A DNA stretch of 64,000 nt from Utricularia gibba (GCA_002189035.1 NEEC01000010.1:744001-808000); one strand, 5' to 3'. Shown: positions 49,201 to 61,055, counted from the stretch's first letter. Numbers and translations are program-made. The notes: generated by a model not told the origin, from the sequence alone.

Positions 49201-50735
49201 GGATGTCATTAACAGGACAAGCTCAGAGAGTTTTCTCATTCGCCAATTATCATGTGTTGGGTATCAGTGGGAACTGGAACCTATAAAGCCAGTTGAATCC
49301 GTCATTTCTTCGGAAGTCTTGAATGCAGGTCAAGCTCTGTCATGCTTTTTCAAGCTAAAGGTCAGTATATTTATACCCCCTGCAATGTAGATTTGAATTT
49401 GATTAGAAGATGCTTTTGCGCTTGTTTTATTGTAAGCATGGTTCCCGAGATGGTGACCTTGTCTTGACAAGCTTTTAAATACCATAGTGATCCCTTAGTT
49501 CTATACTCTATACCCAGCAGATTTCATAATCTTTCTAACTGAATTTCTGAATGGTTCAGAATCACAAAATACATAGCACTAGTGAAGATGATATTCCTCT
49601 TGAAGCACGAAGAGCAACCCATGTCAGACTTGTTGATAACGATTCCATGGACTTGTTGGATACATCCACTCCGCCATTCATCTCTTTTCATTACCAGGAA
49701 AGACAGAAACAAGAGATTCAGGATCAGGTTTGTCAATATTGTGTTTTTATAGAGATTCAACTTTCGCTCTCTCTAGCATGTACTCCACTCCATATTTTTG
49801 ACCGTACTCAATAGGATTTACACAAGATACACTCTCCGTGTTAAGTATCATTCCTTGTGCTTATGAATCTCTTGCTTAGTTAGGCTGGCTCTGTTAATTA
49901 ATTGCAACGTTTGAGTTTCTAGTTATTTTCTTTTTGGAATGATACAGGACCAGGGTAAAACGGTTGATTTCATCTTGATTTCTGAGTCAAGGAATGATGG
50001 TGATGCCTTAACCGGATCAAGAGTTCACTCTCATCACACATGCCACTGCAGGTACTCACTTCTTTTGAGTGTTGCACTTGTCTGAGATCATTTCTTATCA
50101 GTCTCTGTGTTGCAGTCGCCTTTTATTTTGGTAAGCTGCCATGTGTTAACTTGTTTTTCTGCTCATGTCATGGTTTTGATCATAGAGTAACGAGTAGAAG
50201 CCCAGTTTGGTGGCTCTTAGAGGGACCACGGTTGGTGAGGCACAACTTCGCCGAGTCTTCCTGTGAAATAAAGCTGAATATGACTATTTACAACTCCTTG
50301 GAAGATGTGGTGATGGTTCGCATTGAAACCCTTGATTCTCTCCCACCACCCAACTCAGCAAGCAGTGCTGCTTCCGTATCAGGAAATGACGTCGGCTGGC
50401 ACGATACATCTCGTTTGAGTGAGATGAGAGTGACAACCGATGTTATGGGAACTCGAATAGCCAAGGCAGCCCCGCCTGAGAGTGTCCCAGCTTTCGTTTG
50501 GTCCGGATCGAGCTCCACAAAAAGAACCATTGAGCCGATGTCTTCCGCTCGTATTCCTCTTCAGATTACCGTGTTTTCCCCAGGCACATATGATCTGTCA
50601 AACTACACTTTGCACTGGAATCGTACCTCCAGTCATGGTCAGGGCAATGCGAGTGGCTCCAGTTCAGCTTCCGGTACATGCCACGGTCAACCTTATCACA
50701 TTGCCGTGCTGCCAAGAGAGCCATCCCATCTGTGA
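43299..50735 (+). CDS. TRS85: TRAPP III subunit TRS85 / TRAPPC8, about 27 exons, with one apparent phase break at about 44909
   Basis: MADPANTMLGRMLLDKITPVVMVL, VPVRTANDQPYRLKKFKLRLFY, SFSEHEAFDHPVAC, SATRKGFRNQIKNLWWRKGK, YTFSSVESQIRVLGDYGFMLHDYELALSNY, HSAVMLEQAS, NPLQIPISLS and last exon from 50186 (VTSRSPVWWLLEGP...GTYDLSNYTLHW). Confidence 0.95.
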
Positions 50736-53319
50736 GTTGCCCCGTTTCTTTGCATCATTCTTTTGTGTGGACTGATCCTGAAGGCCGAAAAAAGTGCATT
50801 CAATAGGCCCTGGGAAACAGTTCATTTTGCTATCGCAGTTTACCAGTTGCAACAAAATGGGGCAGTGGATTTTGTAATACACGTCTGTCTATCCGTTGGG
50901 TTTGTTGATTTAGTGTTGTCCATAGAAACCTATGAATTGAATGAGGAAACTATATCTTATTTTATTTTTTCAATATGGTTTTTAACTCATATGGATCAGT
51001 AATGACTTAGGAACACCATTGCTTTGAAGGTATTTTGTTCACCAAATGAGTATTAAACGATGAATTTAATAAACTTGCAAATCTTCAAATCAAACAACAG
51101 CAGGATCCCTAGTTTTGAATCATATTATTTGCCGCATCTCTAGCCATTCTTTTTCAAACCCACTCACTAATCATTCAGTCCTACGGATTAAAAGCACTAA
51201 CAATCTATCCGACTAGTCTTTGGGAGCAAGTGTTGATTTTTTTCAATTTAAGGTTATCTACAAGTAGGTTTTTATAATTAATGAATAAACGTATATGCGA
51301 ATTGTGTTTGACTCAATTAAAATCATTCATTTTTATTTGAATAATGTAACGAATGAATATAAACACCATTCATGTTTGATTAATTTAACAAAAAAAACAC
51401 AAATGAAATCAATATTTAATTATATTTATTATACTAAATTATGCAATAGGGCACACTATTAGGAGGTGTTGAGGTGAAATTCTTGATTGATGCTTCTTTT
51501 TGTTAACCAAATAAAACAACTTGTACTAAGTTTGCTGGTGACCTTAAAAATTTTAGTATTGAATTGGTGTAAGGTGCATAATGTAAAACGTATCATATTA
51601 ATCAATGGCATAATCATATTTTGATTATTTTAGAAACATTTGTGACACAAAAAATTACTTTTAGTGTTGATAATCAAATTATAGATTCTTTTCATCATTT
51701 CTGGTCGATTGAAACGCATGAAATTCTACTTTGTGTGGATAATTGGTTTAGAAGAACTAATATAATAAATAAATTAAAATGTATAAATAATTTTTAATTC
51801 TTTACAATACTTTATACATTGTACAATCTTTTTTATATACATGATAATACATGAATTTTTGGTTAGAAGAATAATAGCTAATATAAATTAGTATTTTAAT
51901 ATTAATTTCAATATTTTGTAGTATTAATAGAATTTACTCCTTTACTCATCAATTTGGACTAAATCATGTCTTGAGTTGAGTTTGTTTCTCTCAGCTTAGC
52001 ACCAACATTACCCAAATGTTAAATCAAATCACACCTCAAGATGTATGATGAACCATACCTAACTTAGGAAATGAGGCAACAGCCAATTGGAAGAAAAATG
52101 ATCAGCAATCAAGGAATGGAACTTTATATCACTTGATTTCTTGGAAATTGTAGAATAGAAATATAAGTGAACATAACATTCCTATAACCCTGAAGTATCA
52201 CATTTATGCTGTTTGAATTAAAATTTAAATTATCCTGCCCTCTTTATTTTTACCTTTATAATTGATGTTCGCCCTCCATTAGTCTTAACTAAAACAAAAA
52301 TTCTCATTTGTAAATATCAAAATACATGAAATTTCATACCATAAGTATCAAACTTCTTGAATTCGACCTTGAATCACTATACACTTTCTTTAGATTTGTA
52401 GATTCATGTGCATTACAATTTTCCAAATTTTATTTGATTTAAAAATTTGGTAATTCATGACAATCAAGAATTTTTCATTCATCAATATGCAATTATTTTA
52501 TTTTATTTTAAAATACCTATGTTTATGTTGAATCAAACCATATTTTAATAACAACATTAGAGTTGTAATAATAAAACAATAAGTGTTGAAGTAATTTGAG
52601 ACATATATTTCATTTTCAAAATTGATATTGAGTTATTTTATTTGCTATATATATTATTAAAAATATGTTTAATACAAAAATTTTATATTTAAATCTTGAA
52701 TTATATAAATGTATTATATATTTTTAATTAATTTCAAACATAAATAAATATAATAATCTATAATATATGTGTTCTAAACAATTATGAACATTAAATAAAC
52801 AAATATTAACAAAATTTTTGTTTGACTAAACTAATTAAATAAATGTAAACAAATTTATCGTTTAATCAACTTCTATCCATGTCCCTTCATTTGATATAAC
52901 AGCCCTATTATTCCAATGCATATTTAAATAAAATTATTTATCCATTTTAAGAATTCATGGAAATTAATCAGTATTTTAAAAGATTAATAAATTGTGAATC
53001 AACTATATGAACGGTATTAAGACCATGATTAAATTATTCTTTTATATATATAAAAAAATTGTTCAATGTTTTCCTTACAAAAAAGAAAGTTACCAATTTG
53101 GATCATAAATCACATCGTTCTTATTGAACTATGATTTGATGGTAAATTAGTGAAATAGTATTCTGTGAATTTTTTATTTTCAAGATAATCCTATTTGGTA
53201 AATACTAGTATAATAGTCATATTTTGTGTAATTTTTTTTGCCAAATAGTAATATTTTTTAAATATCATATTTAATATAATAAAAATAATTAATTTTGATT
53301 AAAAAAACTGAAATACAAA

Positions 53320-53350
<31 letters not shown>

Positions 53351-53798
53351 CAATTATATAATATATATTTATATATATTTATATTTTATATTACTATTTT
53401 TAAATATTCTTTTTTAATTAATTTTCATTTCATAAAAATATATAATTTGCAATGAATTAGAATCTAATTCTTAACTCAAAAGTTCAATAAAAATAAAAAA
53501 TATCAATTAAGCCCGGACTTAAGAAACCACATGGATGTATTATATGTATAAATCACATCAGTGTATGCATCACGAATCATTACGACCGTGGTTTATTCAT
53601 AAGCCATTTTACACTAATGTACCCATAAAATCTGTTCGTTTATAAGAAAAATGTACATTTACACTTTTACTAGACGATCCATTGATGTTATGAATTTGTA
53701 TGCTGCGACAATGATTACGTTTTTGAATTGTACTGTAGCTGTACTCGTGATGTTTAAAAATGTAAACGGTGACTTGAAAGGGGATCGTGATTCACTAT

Positions 53799-54803
53799 TC
53801 ACTTCCTCCATGGATGAAGCGACAGCACGATAACCAAAACAATCAACAACAAGAAAGCAATCCCAAAGCAAGCCCATTTCCTAGTGCTCTTCTGGAGCTT
53901 CCTCGCCTGCTCCAGCTCCTCCGCGCCGCCCTCGACGAATGCAGTCGCCGAATTCACCTGCCTCTCAATGTCGTCGATGACCTCGCCCTGGCTCTCCACC
54001 AGAACCACCATATCCAGAAACACTTGATGCAGCTCCATCAGATTCCTCTCCATCTCTTTAATGGCATCGTGTCTCTCCCGGACCTCCATGATCGCATCCA
54101 TAACCTGCCCCCTCCCCTGCTCCCCGATGGCCTTCCGGAGAAAGGTCTCGCTCTCGCCGGTTTTGATCAGGTGATCCAGTGTCTTCTCATCTGGGTACTC
54201 GCCGGTGACGGCGTAGTATCGCCTCTGCACCGTCTCCCGGTACTCCAACCCTAACACCAATGATTTAAGAGAGACCCCCAAAAAAATAATAGGAAAAGCA
54301 TCATCACAATTCACATGGGTCCATATCAAATTGCTTCTAAAATGAGTGCAGAAAAAACAAGTACCAGCTTTGAGACGAAGGTCGTTGAAGCGGTTCATTG
54401 AGTCATGGAGCTTTTTCATCAGGCCGTTGACCACCGAAGTCCGCGTACGGTAAAAGGAGCTTCCCGGTCCGCGGCCGGGTAACTTTTGGAGGGCGGCGTT
54501 GGACCGATTCAGTGCCTCGAGTCGGAGTTTGATGGCTTTAGCTTTTTTCAAGGCTGTGGTCACGTCAGCTTCCATGCGTGATCGGAGTCTCTTCACATCC
54601 GCCCCGTTGTGGATGGTTTTGCTCTGCTCGTTGGATCTCTGGAGCCGGAGATACAGAGCCTCCAAATCGGCGAGCCCCTCCTTGACCGACTCCACATCCT
54701 CGAAAAAGGGGTCGAAGTCATCGGCTCCGGCGGAGTTGTTGATGCCTTCTACGGGATGGGAGTTTCGCGCACGACCTGAAGACTCCGACAAAAGATCGTT
54801 CAT
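53799..54803 (-). CDS. SYP121: Plasma-membrane Qa-SNARE syntaxin SYP121/122-like, 2 exons: 54803-54365 and 54250-53799
   Basis: FFEDVESVKE, GRGPGSSFYRTRTSVVNGL, EYRETVQRRYYAVTGE, SNARE motif ERHDAIKEMERNLMELHQVFLDMVVLVESQGEVIDDIE and C-terminal TM helix. Removing a 114-nt GT-AG intron restores LRLKAGLEYRET. Confidence 0.93.
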   Translation of the reverse strand: MNDLLSESSGRARNSHPVEGINNSAGADDFDPFFEDVESVKEGLADLEALYLRLQRSNEQSKTIHNGADVKRLRSRMEADVTTALKKAKAIKLRLEALNRSNAALQKLPGRGPGSSFYRTRTSVVNGLMKKLHDSMNRFNDLRLKAGTCFFCTHFRSNLIWTHVNCDDAFPIIFLGVSLKSLVLGLEYRETVQRRYYAVTGEYPDEKTLDHLIKTGESETFLRKAIGEQGRGQVMDAIMEVRERHDAIKEMERNLMELHQVFLDMVVLVESQGEVIDDIERQVNSATAFVEGGAEELEQARKLQKSTRKWACFGIAFLLLIVLVIVLSLHPWRK

Positions 54804-56219
54804 TTCTTCTCAATCCCACGTCCAGGGAACGAAAGGGAAAGCGGAATGAGGTGCTTAAGTAAGAAGAGAACGAAGGTTAGAAATTTCCCAGAAACACACA
54901 TAACAACTGAAAAAGGTTAGGTTAGGGTATCATATAAATCATGTATTTTCTACTACCTGATCAGAAAACTTCGTCCACTACCAAATTTATCCTACCGAAT
55001 TAGGGTTTTTGATGAACTTTTTTTTTTAGTTGACAATATTTCAACAAAAATCCAAGATGAAATATTTAAATATATAAGAATAGATTACATATTATTAAAT
55101 AATTAATTGTATGTAATCTTTTTTAAATATAATGTATGTCTTATTGTGTATTTAGTTTTCATGTGTTTTCATCCAAACCTATCAAATACTTAATTTCAAC
55201 AGACAATATGTGTAATAAAATGGATGCACAATTCAATTATTTGTTTTTACATTCCATTTGAAGCATATTGAGATCTAAAAATTAATTTTATTATCAAATA
55301 CAAATAATTTATAATTCAAAAAGAATATAAATTTAGAATTATTTCTTTTCATTTTATTCTTAATCTCCCGTTTGAAAACTGTTTTTAAAGAAGGAGAATC
55401 ATACCCTCAATTTGACTTCTTATTCTCATTCGTACAACAACTCTTTTAACAAAAATAAAATAAAAAGAATTGAAATAAGGACTGGGTGACATGTTCTTGG
55501 AATTGGGCCTCGGCCCAGTTAACGGCCTTGTTACATGGTTCATCTTTCAGGGCCCATCACAGGATCCCAAACCCACAACAATAAACGCCCCGACCCGTTA
55601 CAAAACAAATCCCAGATCCATAGATATTAATCTATTTTAGAGTTGTCATCCAACGATGATATCTTTTATTAAGCTTTAAAAAAACATATTAATCCTAAAT
55701 TATCATATAGCTTACAAATTACGTAAGTGGCATCAGGCACCCAAATCATGGATTTTTTTCTTTTTTCGTTCATAAAACATGGTACTACTCCTCTTATTTG
55801 AATGGTATTTTAAAAATGAATTAAACTCATTTACATATGAATTTGAATTGAATATATTTTATAATAGTTTTAATGTTTTAGTTATATTTTTAAAAATTTA
55901 AAATTATTAAATGAATTAAATATATTTTTTAAAATTAATAATGAAATAAACTTATGATTTTAAAACATTAGTAGTATCATACAAATCCTAGGTGCTATTT
56001 GGTACATTAAAAGGAAAAAAAAAAAGTAAAAAGTTGCAATTATGGAGAAGGTGAGGGGTAAAAAACTAAAAAACTGGGGGAAAATAGTTACCCTTTCAGG
56101 CTTCCTCCAAGCATTTAAATGGGGCAGGTTCCGCCTCCCAGTTCAACGCAATCTCACTCGTTGATTTCGTGGCTTGCAGCTCATTCTGATTTCCCAGCAC
56201 CGGCGGCGGAACGGCAAAA

Positions 56220-56809
56220 ATGTCCGGCAGGAGGAACTGCATTCTCGACACTCTCGCCGCGACCTTCGGATGCGGCGCCAGTTGTCGGCGGCCGAAAGTC
56301 TCGGCGGCGTTTCAGCCCCGGCCGCGGCAGCAGCAGCAGGGGAAATCGCAACCTCGTAGAAACCGGCATCACCACCACAGCAACTACAACACATCCTCCA
56401 CCTCCTGGGACAACGCCACGACCACCACGTTCTCCCCCACCGTGGACACGCCGCCGCGGTCGGAGACGGAATCCGACGTCCACAGCCTGAGAAACATTCA
56501 GGGGTTCGGCAAAATCGGGGCGGCAGCGTGGCGGTGGAGAAGGAATCGAGTGATCCGTACATCGACTTCAGGCAGTCGATGCTGCAGATGATTCTAGAAA
56601 GGGAGATTTACTCCAAGGAGGACCTGAAGGAACTCCTCAACTGTTTCTTGCAGCTGAATTCACCCTACTACCATGGAATCATCGTCCGAGCTTTCACCGA
56701 GATCTGGAACGGCGCCCACTCCGGGTACGGATACATGCCCGGACCCGGGTCGTACGGCAACCCGGCACACGATGTGCATGATATATGGGTACCACGTGGC
56801 GGCTACTAG
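56220..56809 (+). CDS. OFP6: OVATE family protein, OFP6/OFP19-like, with an apparent frameshift at 56517-56520
   Basis: The N-terminus MSGRRNCILDTLAATFGCGASCRRPK is in one frame and the OVATE domain VAVEKESSDPYIDFRQSMLQMILEREIYSKEDLKELLNCFLQLNSPYYHGIIVRAFTEIW is in another. One added G joins them as GFGKIGGGSVAVEK. Confidence 0.87.
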
Positions 56810-56941
56810 TTGGCAAGATTCGTCGCCCTTCCCTTCCCTTGGCCTTTCTTTCTTTTTACCCCACCCCATCCCCCCACAATAAGTCGCTGTAGTTGTTGCC
56901 ATGGTCCGACCCGACCCATGTTAGGTTCAGTTCACTAGGGA

Positions 56942-57003
56942 TTTCAATTTTCACCGTATTTTTAGCCCAAGCATGCTGCTAAAAATACAGTGAAAATTTG
57001 AAA
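56942..57003. other. Near-perfect inverted repeat (25/26-nt arms, 11-nt loop)
   Basis: tttcaattttcaccgtatttttagc (56942-56966) pairs with gctaaaaatacagtgaaaatttgaaa (56978-57003) with one mismatch and one 1-nt bulge. Confidence 0.9.
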
Positions 57004-57916
57004 ATCGTTTGCTACTTGCTAGCGCGAGTGGAGTCTTGTATGGTTATGTGGATTCCGTGTGCTGAAAACCATTCTCGTCGTCTATATGTGAAACACAATT
57101 CCTGTTCTGTCGCAGAGGCATCAAATCAATCAATCATGTTAACGGTTAGATGGCGGGCGCGTGCATAATCTCCATGGCCATGCTCGTGTGTGGTTTCAAT
57201 GATTGCTAAAAATGGCTGCACGTGTGATGAAGGTGCAAGGGTCCTGGGTTTCCTTCCATCTCTCACTAGTCACTATTATTGCTGGGGGAATCAAAACCCA
57301 GTTTAGTTTCTTTTCCCTTCTTTTTTTTTTTTTGTTGTTGTTTGGAGAGGTTTTTTGGTTAGGCAAAAACAGGGAGCGGGAGCGGGGGGAAGGACAAGAC
57401 TGGTTAATGTGTTAATGCAGCAGCATCATTGAATGGGGGGACCGCCCCTCCCGGGCTTGAAAAGTTAAGGCTGGTCCTCCAACTTGACACGTGGGTGAAT
57501 TATTACTGCCCTCATTAAAAACAAACGCCAAGTACTAATTAATTACTGCTAAATAATCTTCCTTCCTATTTTGTTTCATTTATTTGATTATTTATTCTCC
57601 CAACACGAAAAAAAAAAAAAAGAAAAAGAAAAGGGTAGTAAGTACATTGCATAAATGTGAAAATAGCAGGTGGGTGGGTGAGAATAGAAGAGGAACAATG
57701 ATGGGTGATGGATCAGTCTCCTGCACGCAGCCTCCGTTCCCTACTCTAACATTCGATGCCCTAGCTCAATCATTGTTATTTCTAAGATGCCTATTCTATT
57801 CATCTTCATACTTCAAACACATTTTTCTACACAAAAGTGGACCCGTAAACAAAAATCTTGAAAACCGAATGGGTATTCAATTTTCAATACTAAGAATGTT
57901 TCATATTTAAAAAAGG

Positions 57917-58266
57917 TAAAAATTATTTTTTAAATCATAATGTTTGATATATTTTTTTTATAGTAAAAAACTTTAATTTATGTAAAATCCAATAAAGAAG
58001 TTTACCAATGAACTTATTTTATGATATTCTGACCAAAAACTTACCAGAACTAACTGTTATAATTAATATTCGTACACATGATTTAGCACAATTATTAAAA
58101 ATTGTGGGAAATTATTATAAGTGACATTTAATTTCAACTAGTTTTTGATCGAAATACTATAAAATGAATTCATTTGTAAACTTTTTGATTGGATTTTACA
58201 CAAATTAAAATATTAGACTGTAAAATAAAAATGTAATCAACATTCTAACTTAATAAATAATTTTTA
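57917..58266. mobile_element. Foldback element / MITE with about 125-bp inverted arms
   Basis: About 57917-58042 is the reverse complement of about 58139-58266 (tgtaaaatccaat...agtttac.aatgaa shared) with a spacer of about 96 nt. No TSD was resolved. Confidence 0.7.
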
Positions 58267-58944
58267 AATATATATAAATTTAGAATCATTTTTTATTTAA
58301 AAAAACGGCAAAATTTTTCTAGGAAATGGAACTAAATACAATCTTAAAATCTATACAATCAAGCATGAAACATGTTAATTAATTTTGAGAAACGTAAAAG
58401 TAAATAGCATATGGTAAGTTGATAAATATGTTGAAATCCGAGCAATGGGGCATCCCGGCACGACTAAGAACTCACGCTGCAACTGGAAGTAATGGCGGAA
58501 TCTTTGTCTACCCTTACTAACAAGGGGACCATTCCTATAAATGATTCATGAAGAAATGTAATCATACTCCTTTGGTAGTTTCTTCAATAACCTCTTCTCT
58601 TCTTCTTCTTCTTCTTCTTCTTATCCTTAAAGTGGTGTGGGTCGAGATTGATAATGCCATACTTTGATAATGAGAATGATGCCAATTCATAAAGCGGGGG
58701 GATGATGGCAATCATTGCAGCAGCGCACTTCCTTCAGACTCCCCCAAGACCAGGCGACGAAGAAGAGATTAGCGCAGCATCCACGCACCCCCACCCCCTT
58801 CTCGATGATGTGTGGCTGCCTTTCAAGGAATAATTTGCCGGTCGCTGCTGGCATCAGGGTTTCACGAGGAAACTTTACTTCATGTGTGAAAGAGTCCGTC
58901 CATGAGTTTCATTTCATGAATGTCGCATTTGCTGCTTCGCCTAC

Positions 58945-58976
58945 CCATCCATCCATCCATCCATCCATCCATCCAT
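58945..58976. repeat. (CCAT)8 microsatellite
   Basis: Read directly. Confidence 0.9.
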
Positions 58977-61049
58977 TCATCCAAGGAGGGAGAGTCTGCT
59001 TTGCTTGCTTATGTAACGTATACACGTATGAATAATTGTTTTATATACAAACATTAATGAAGGTGAAGTGGAGCAGTGTGGAACCATAAATGTTACAACA
59101 TTTTCCAAGACTGAGTGTGTGACCCCGGGGCGGGGCGGGGCATGCATCTATGGATGTGGGGGCTCTTGCTATCTACCCGCCTACCTTATCCCTGGTTTAA
59201 TGCCCGCCTGACTCCCCCTGATCCACGCGGAGGGGAGTGGACGACATGACGATGGGGGTAGAATGTACTTCCTGAACATCCCATATTCCGCTTACACCCT
59301 CAGGAGAACGCATCCACCCACTGCCTCTGCGGGGCCGCAACCATCCTCACCCCCGTCGGCAAGAGGGTCAGGCCGTGCGAATGGGATGGGATTATCAATC
59401 AGCTTTTGGGTAAGGCGACATGAATTCAACTTGGATCGTGACGTTGCCCATAAGAATTACGATTCGCAGACTTTGCAACACGAGGGCCCATGTTAAAATT
59501 CAAGATCGAAGAGTAGTGCATGTAAGGTTGTGATACGACATGAAGATTCCTATTCCCAACTGCTGGAACGAGTAGGTATGCATACATACATGCATCGAAC
59601 ACATTTTATTTTACTTCACATTTATAATGGGGAATGTATATGAACCAGTTTTGTAATAGATGCTTCGTCAGGGTCAAGATTGGACCTTACCCGTCGTCGT
59701 CGTACGCATTTAAATAAAAAGTTACATGTGGCGTCTTTTTCTTCACAGAGGCAGGAGTGAGGAGCAATCATTATCTGCGTCTGGTAAGAAAAAACACAAT
59801 ACACACACCTATATACATACAGCTGCATCGGTAAGTTCCTAAGGAATACCCAGTGTGAATGATCAGCGTGGCAACAGCATCAACGGACAATGGTCGATAG
59901 TGTGGACGTACCAGGATCGTCCACGTCATCTCTTCACAGACTCTCACGCAACCCTAACGGTAAAAAAAAAGTTATGAACGAGGAGGAGGAGCACCACCCG
60001 ACTGACCGCGCTGCTGTACGACGCTAACGGTATAAGGAAGAAAATTACAGAGTTCAGGGCTGTTTTTGTTTTAACCGCAGTTAAATTGATGCAGTAAAAT
60101 AAACAAGGGATGGGGTGAAAGAGTGAAATCTGTAATTATTTCCTTGTTTTCTCCAAATAAAAAAGAATGATTTCCTTACTGGGCTGAGGCTGAGTCCATT
60201 GGCGACTTCAGTCCAGTCCACAAGCGATGAGAAAACAGGTAGCAATACAAGCACTGATTTGCATGTTACTCGGACAAGCTTTGTGGGAGACAGTTTTGTC
60301 GCAGTGGGGGGAGGGATCATGAACTTGGACCACTGACCACGCTTCGCCATGATCCCCATTCTCGTCCCTCTGGAACACACAATAATACACCTACCACCCC
60401 ATCCAGTAAGTATTCTTCCATTTCATGAAGCATGGGCCGAGCCACTTCGTTATCCCGATGGTCAAGTACCCGTTTCACTGTTCTTCCCATGGGTGGAGCA
60501 GCCTCATCCCCTTCTTTGGAAATTATTAGGTGTCCCCCGACAAGGCATGGTGGAGGGGAGGGAATATTTTTTTTCATTTGTTTGTTGCTTGGCATATGTG
60601 CATGTGCATGTGCATGTTGCTTCCTTGGAGAGATTTGTTGGGGGATTAATGCAGTGAAAATCCATCTCCAAGGCTGAGACAGGAGCAGCTGAGAGTGGAG
60701 TGGACCACCCGGGGACAGAATAATAACCCGTCGCAGAAAAAACTGGAACGGAATGAATAAGCAAAGCCTGCTCTGCTCTGCTGCTCATTGGATTTTACAT
60801 TGAATTTTCTAACAACTCCAGCATTTTGAATTCAAAGAAATATTCATGACCAGCATTTTGAATTTCGGATTTCAATTTCTTACCACGTTTACAGTACTGG
60901 GATCAGTCGAGAAAAATAAAACACGCACTGTCCAGCCAGCACAAGTTGAGTGGAATCATTGCTGTTGAGTCGGGATACCGAATAATGAAACGCTTCATTA
61001 TCCAGACATCCAAAAACAAAAACATTAAAAAAAGAAAAAAACCGTTGAT

Positions 61050-61055
61050 AAAAAA

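Noticed and set aside
52558-52875. Possible hAT-like MITE (tagagttg...caacttcta)
   Set aside because: The TIR match is weak and there is no 8-bp TSD.
53842-54849. Antisense ORFs overlapping SYP121, NHL, PUB, DUF936 and OFP coding regions (this interval is an example)
   Set aside because: Expected shadow ORFs of GC-rich coding sequence.
57415-57436. gcagcatcatt similar to the miR172 complement
   Set aside because: Only about 10 nt match and there is no hairpin partner.
58715-60788. Several 60-106 aa ORFs between the OFP genes
   Set aside because: No recognisable domain, they overlap on both strands, and several run through microsatellites.
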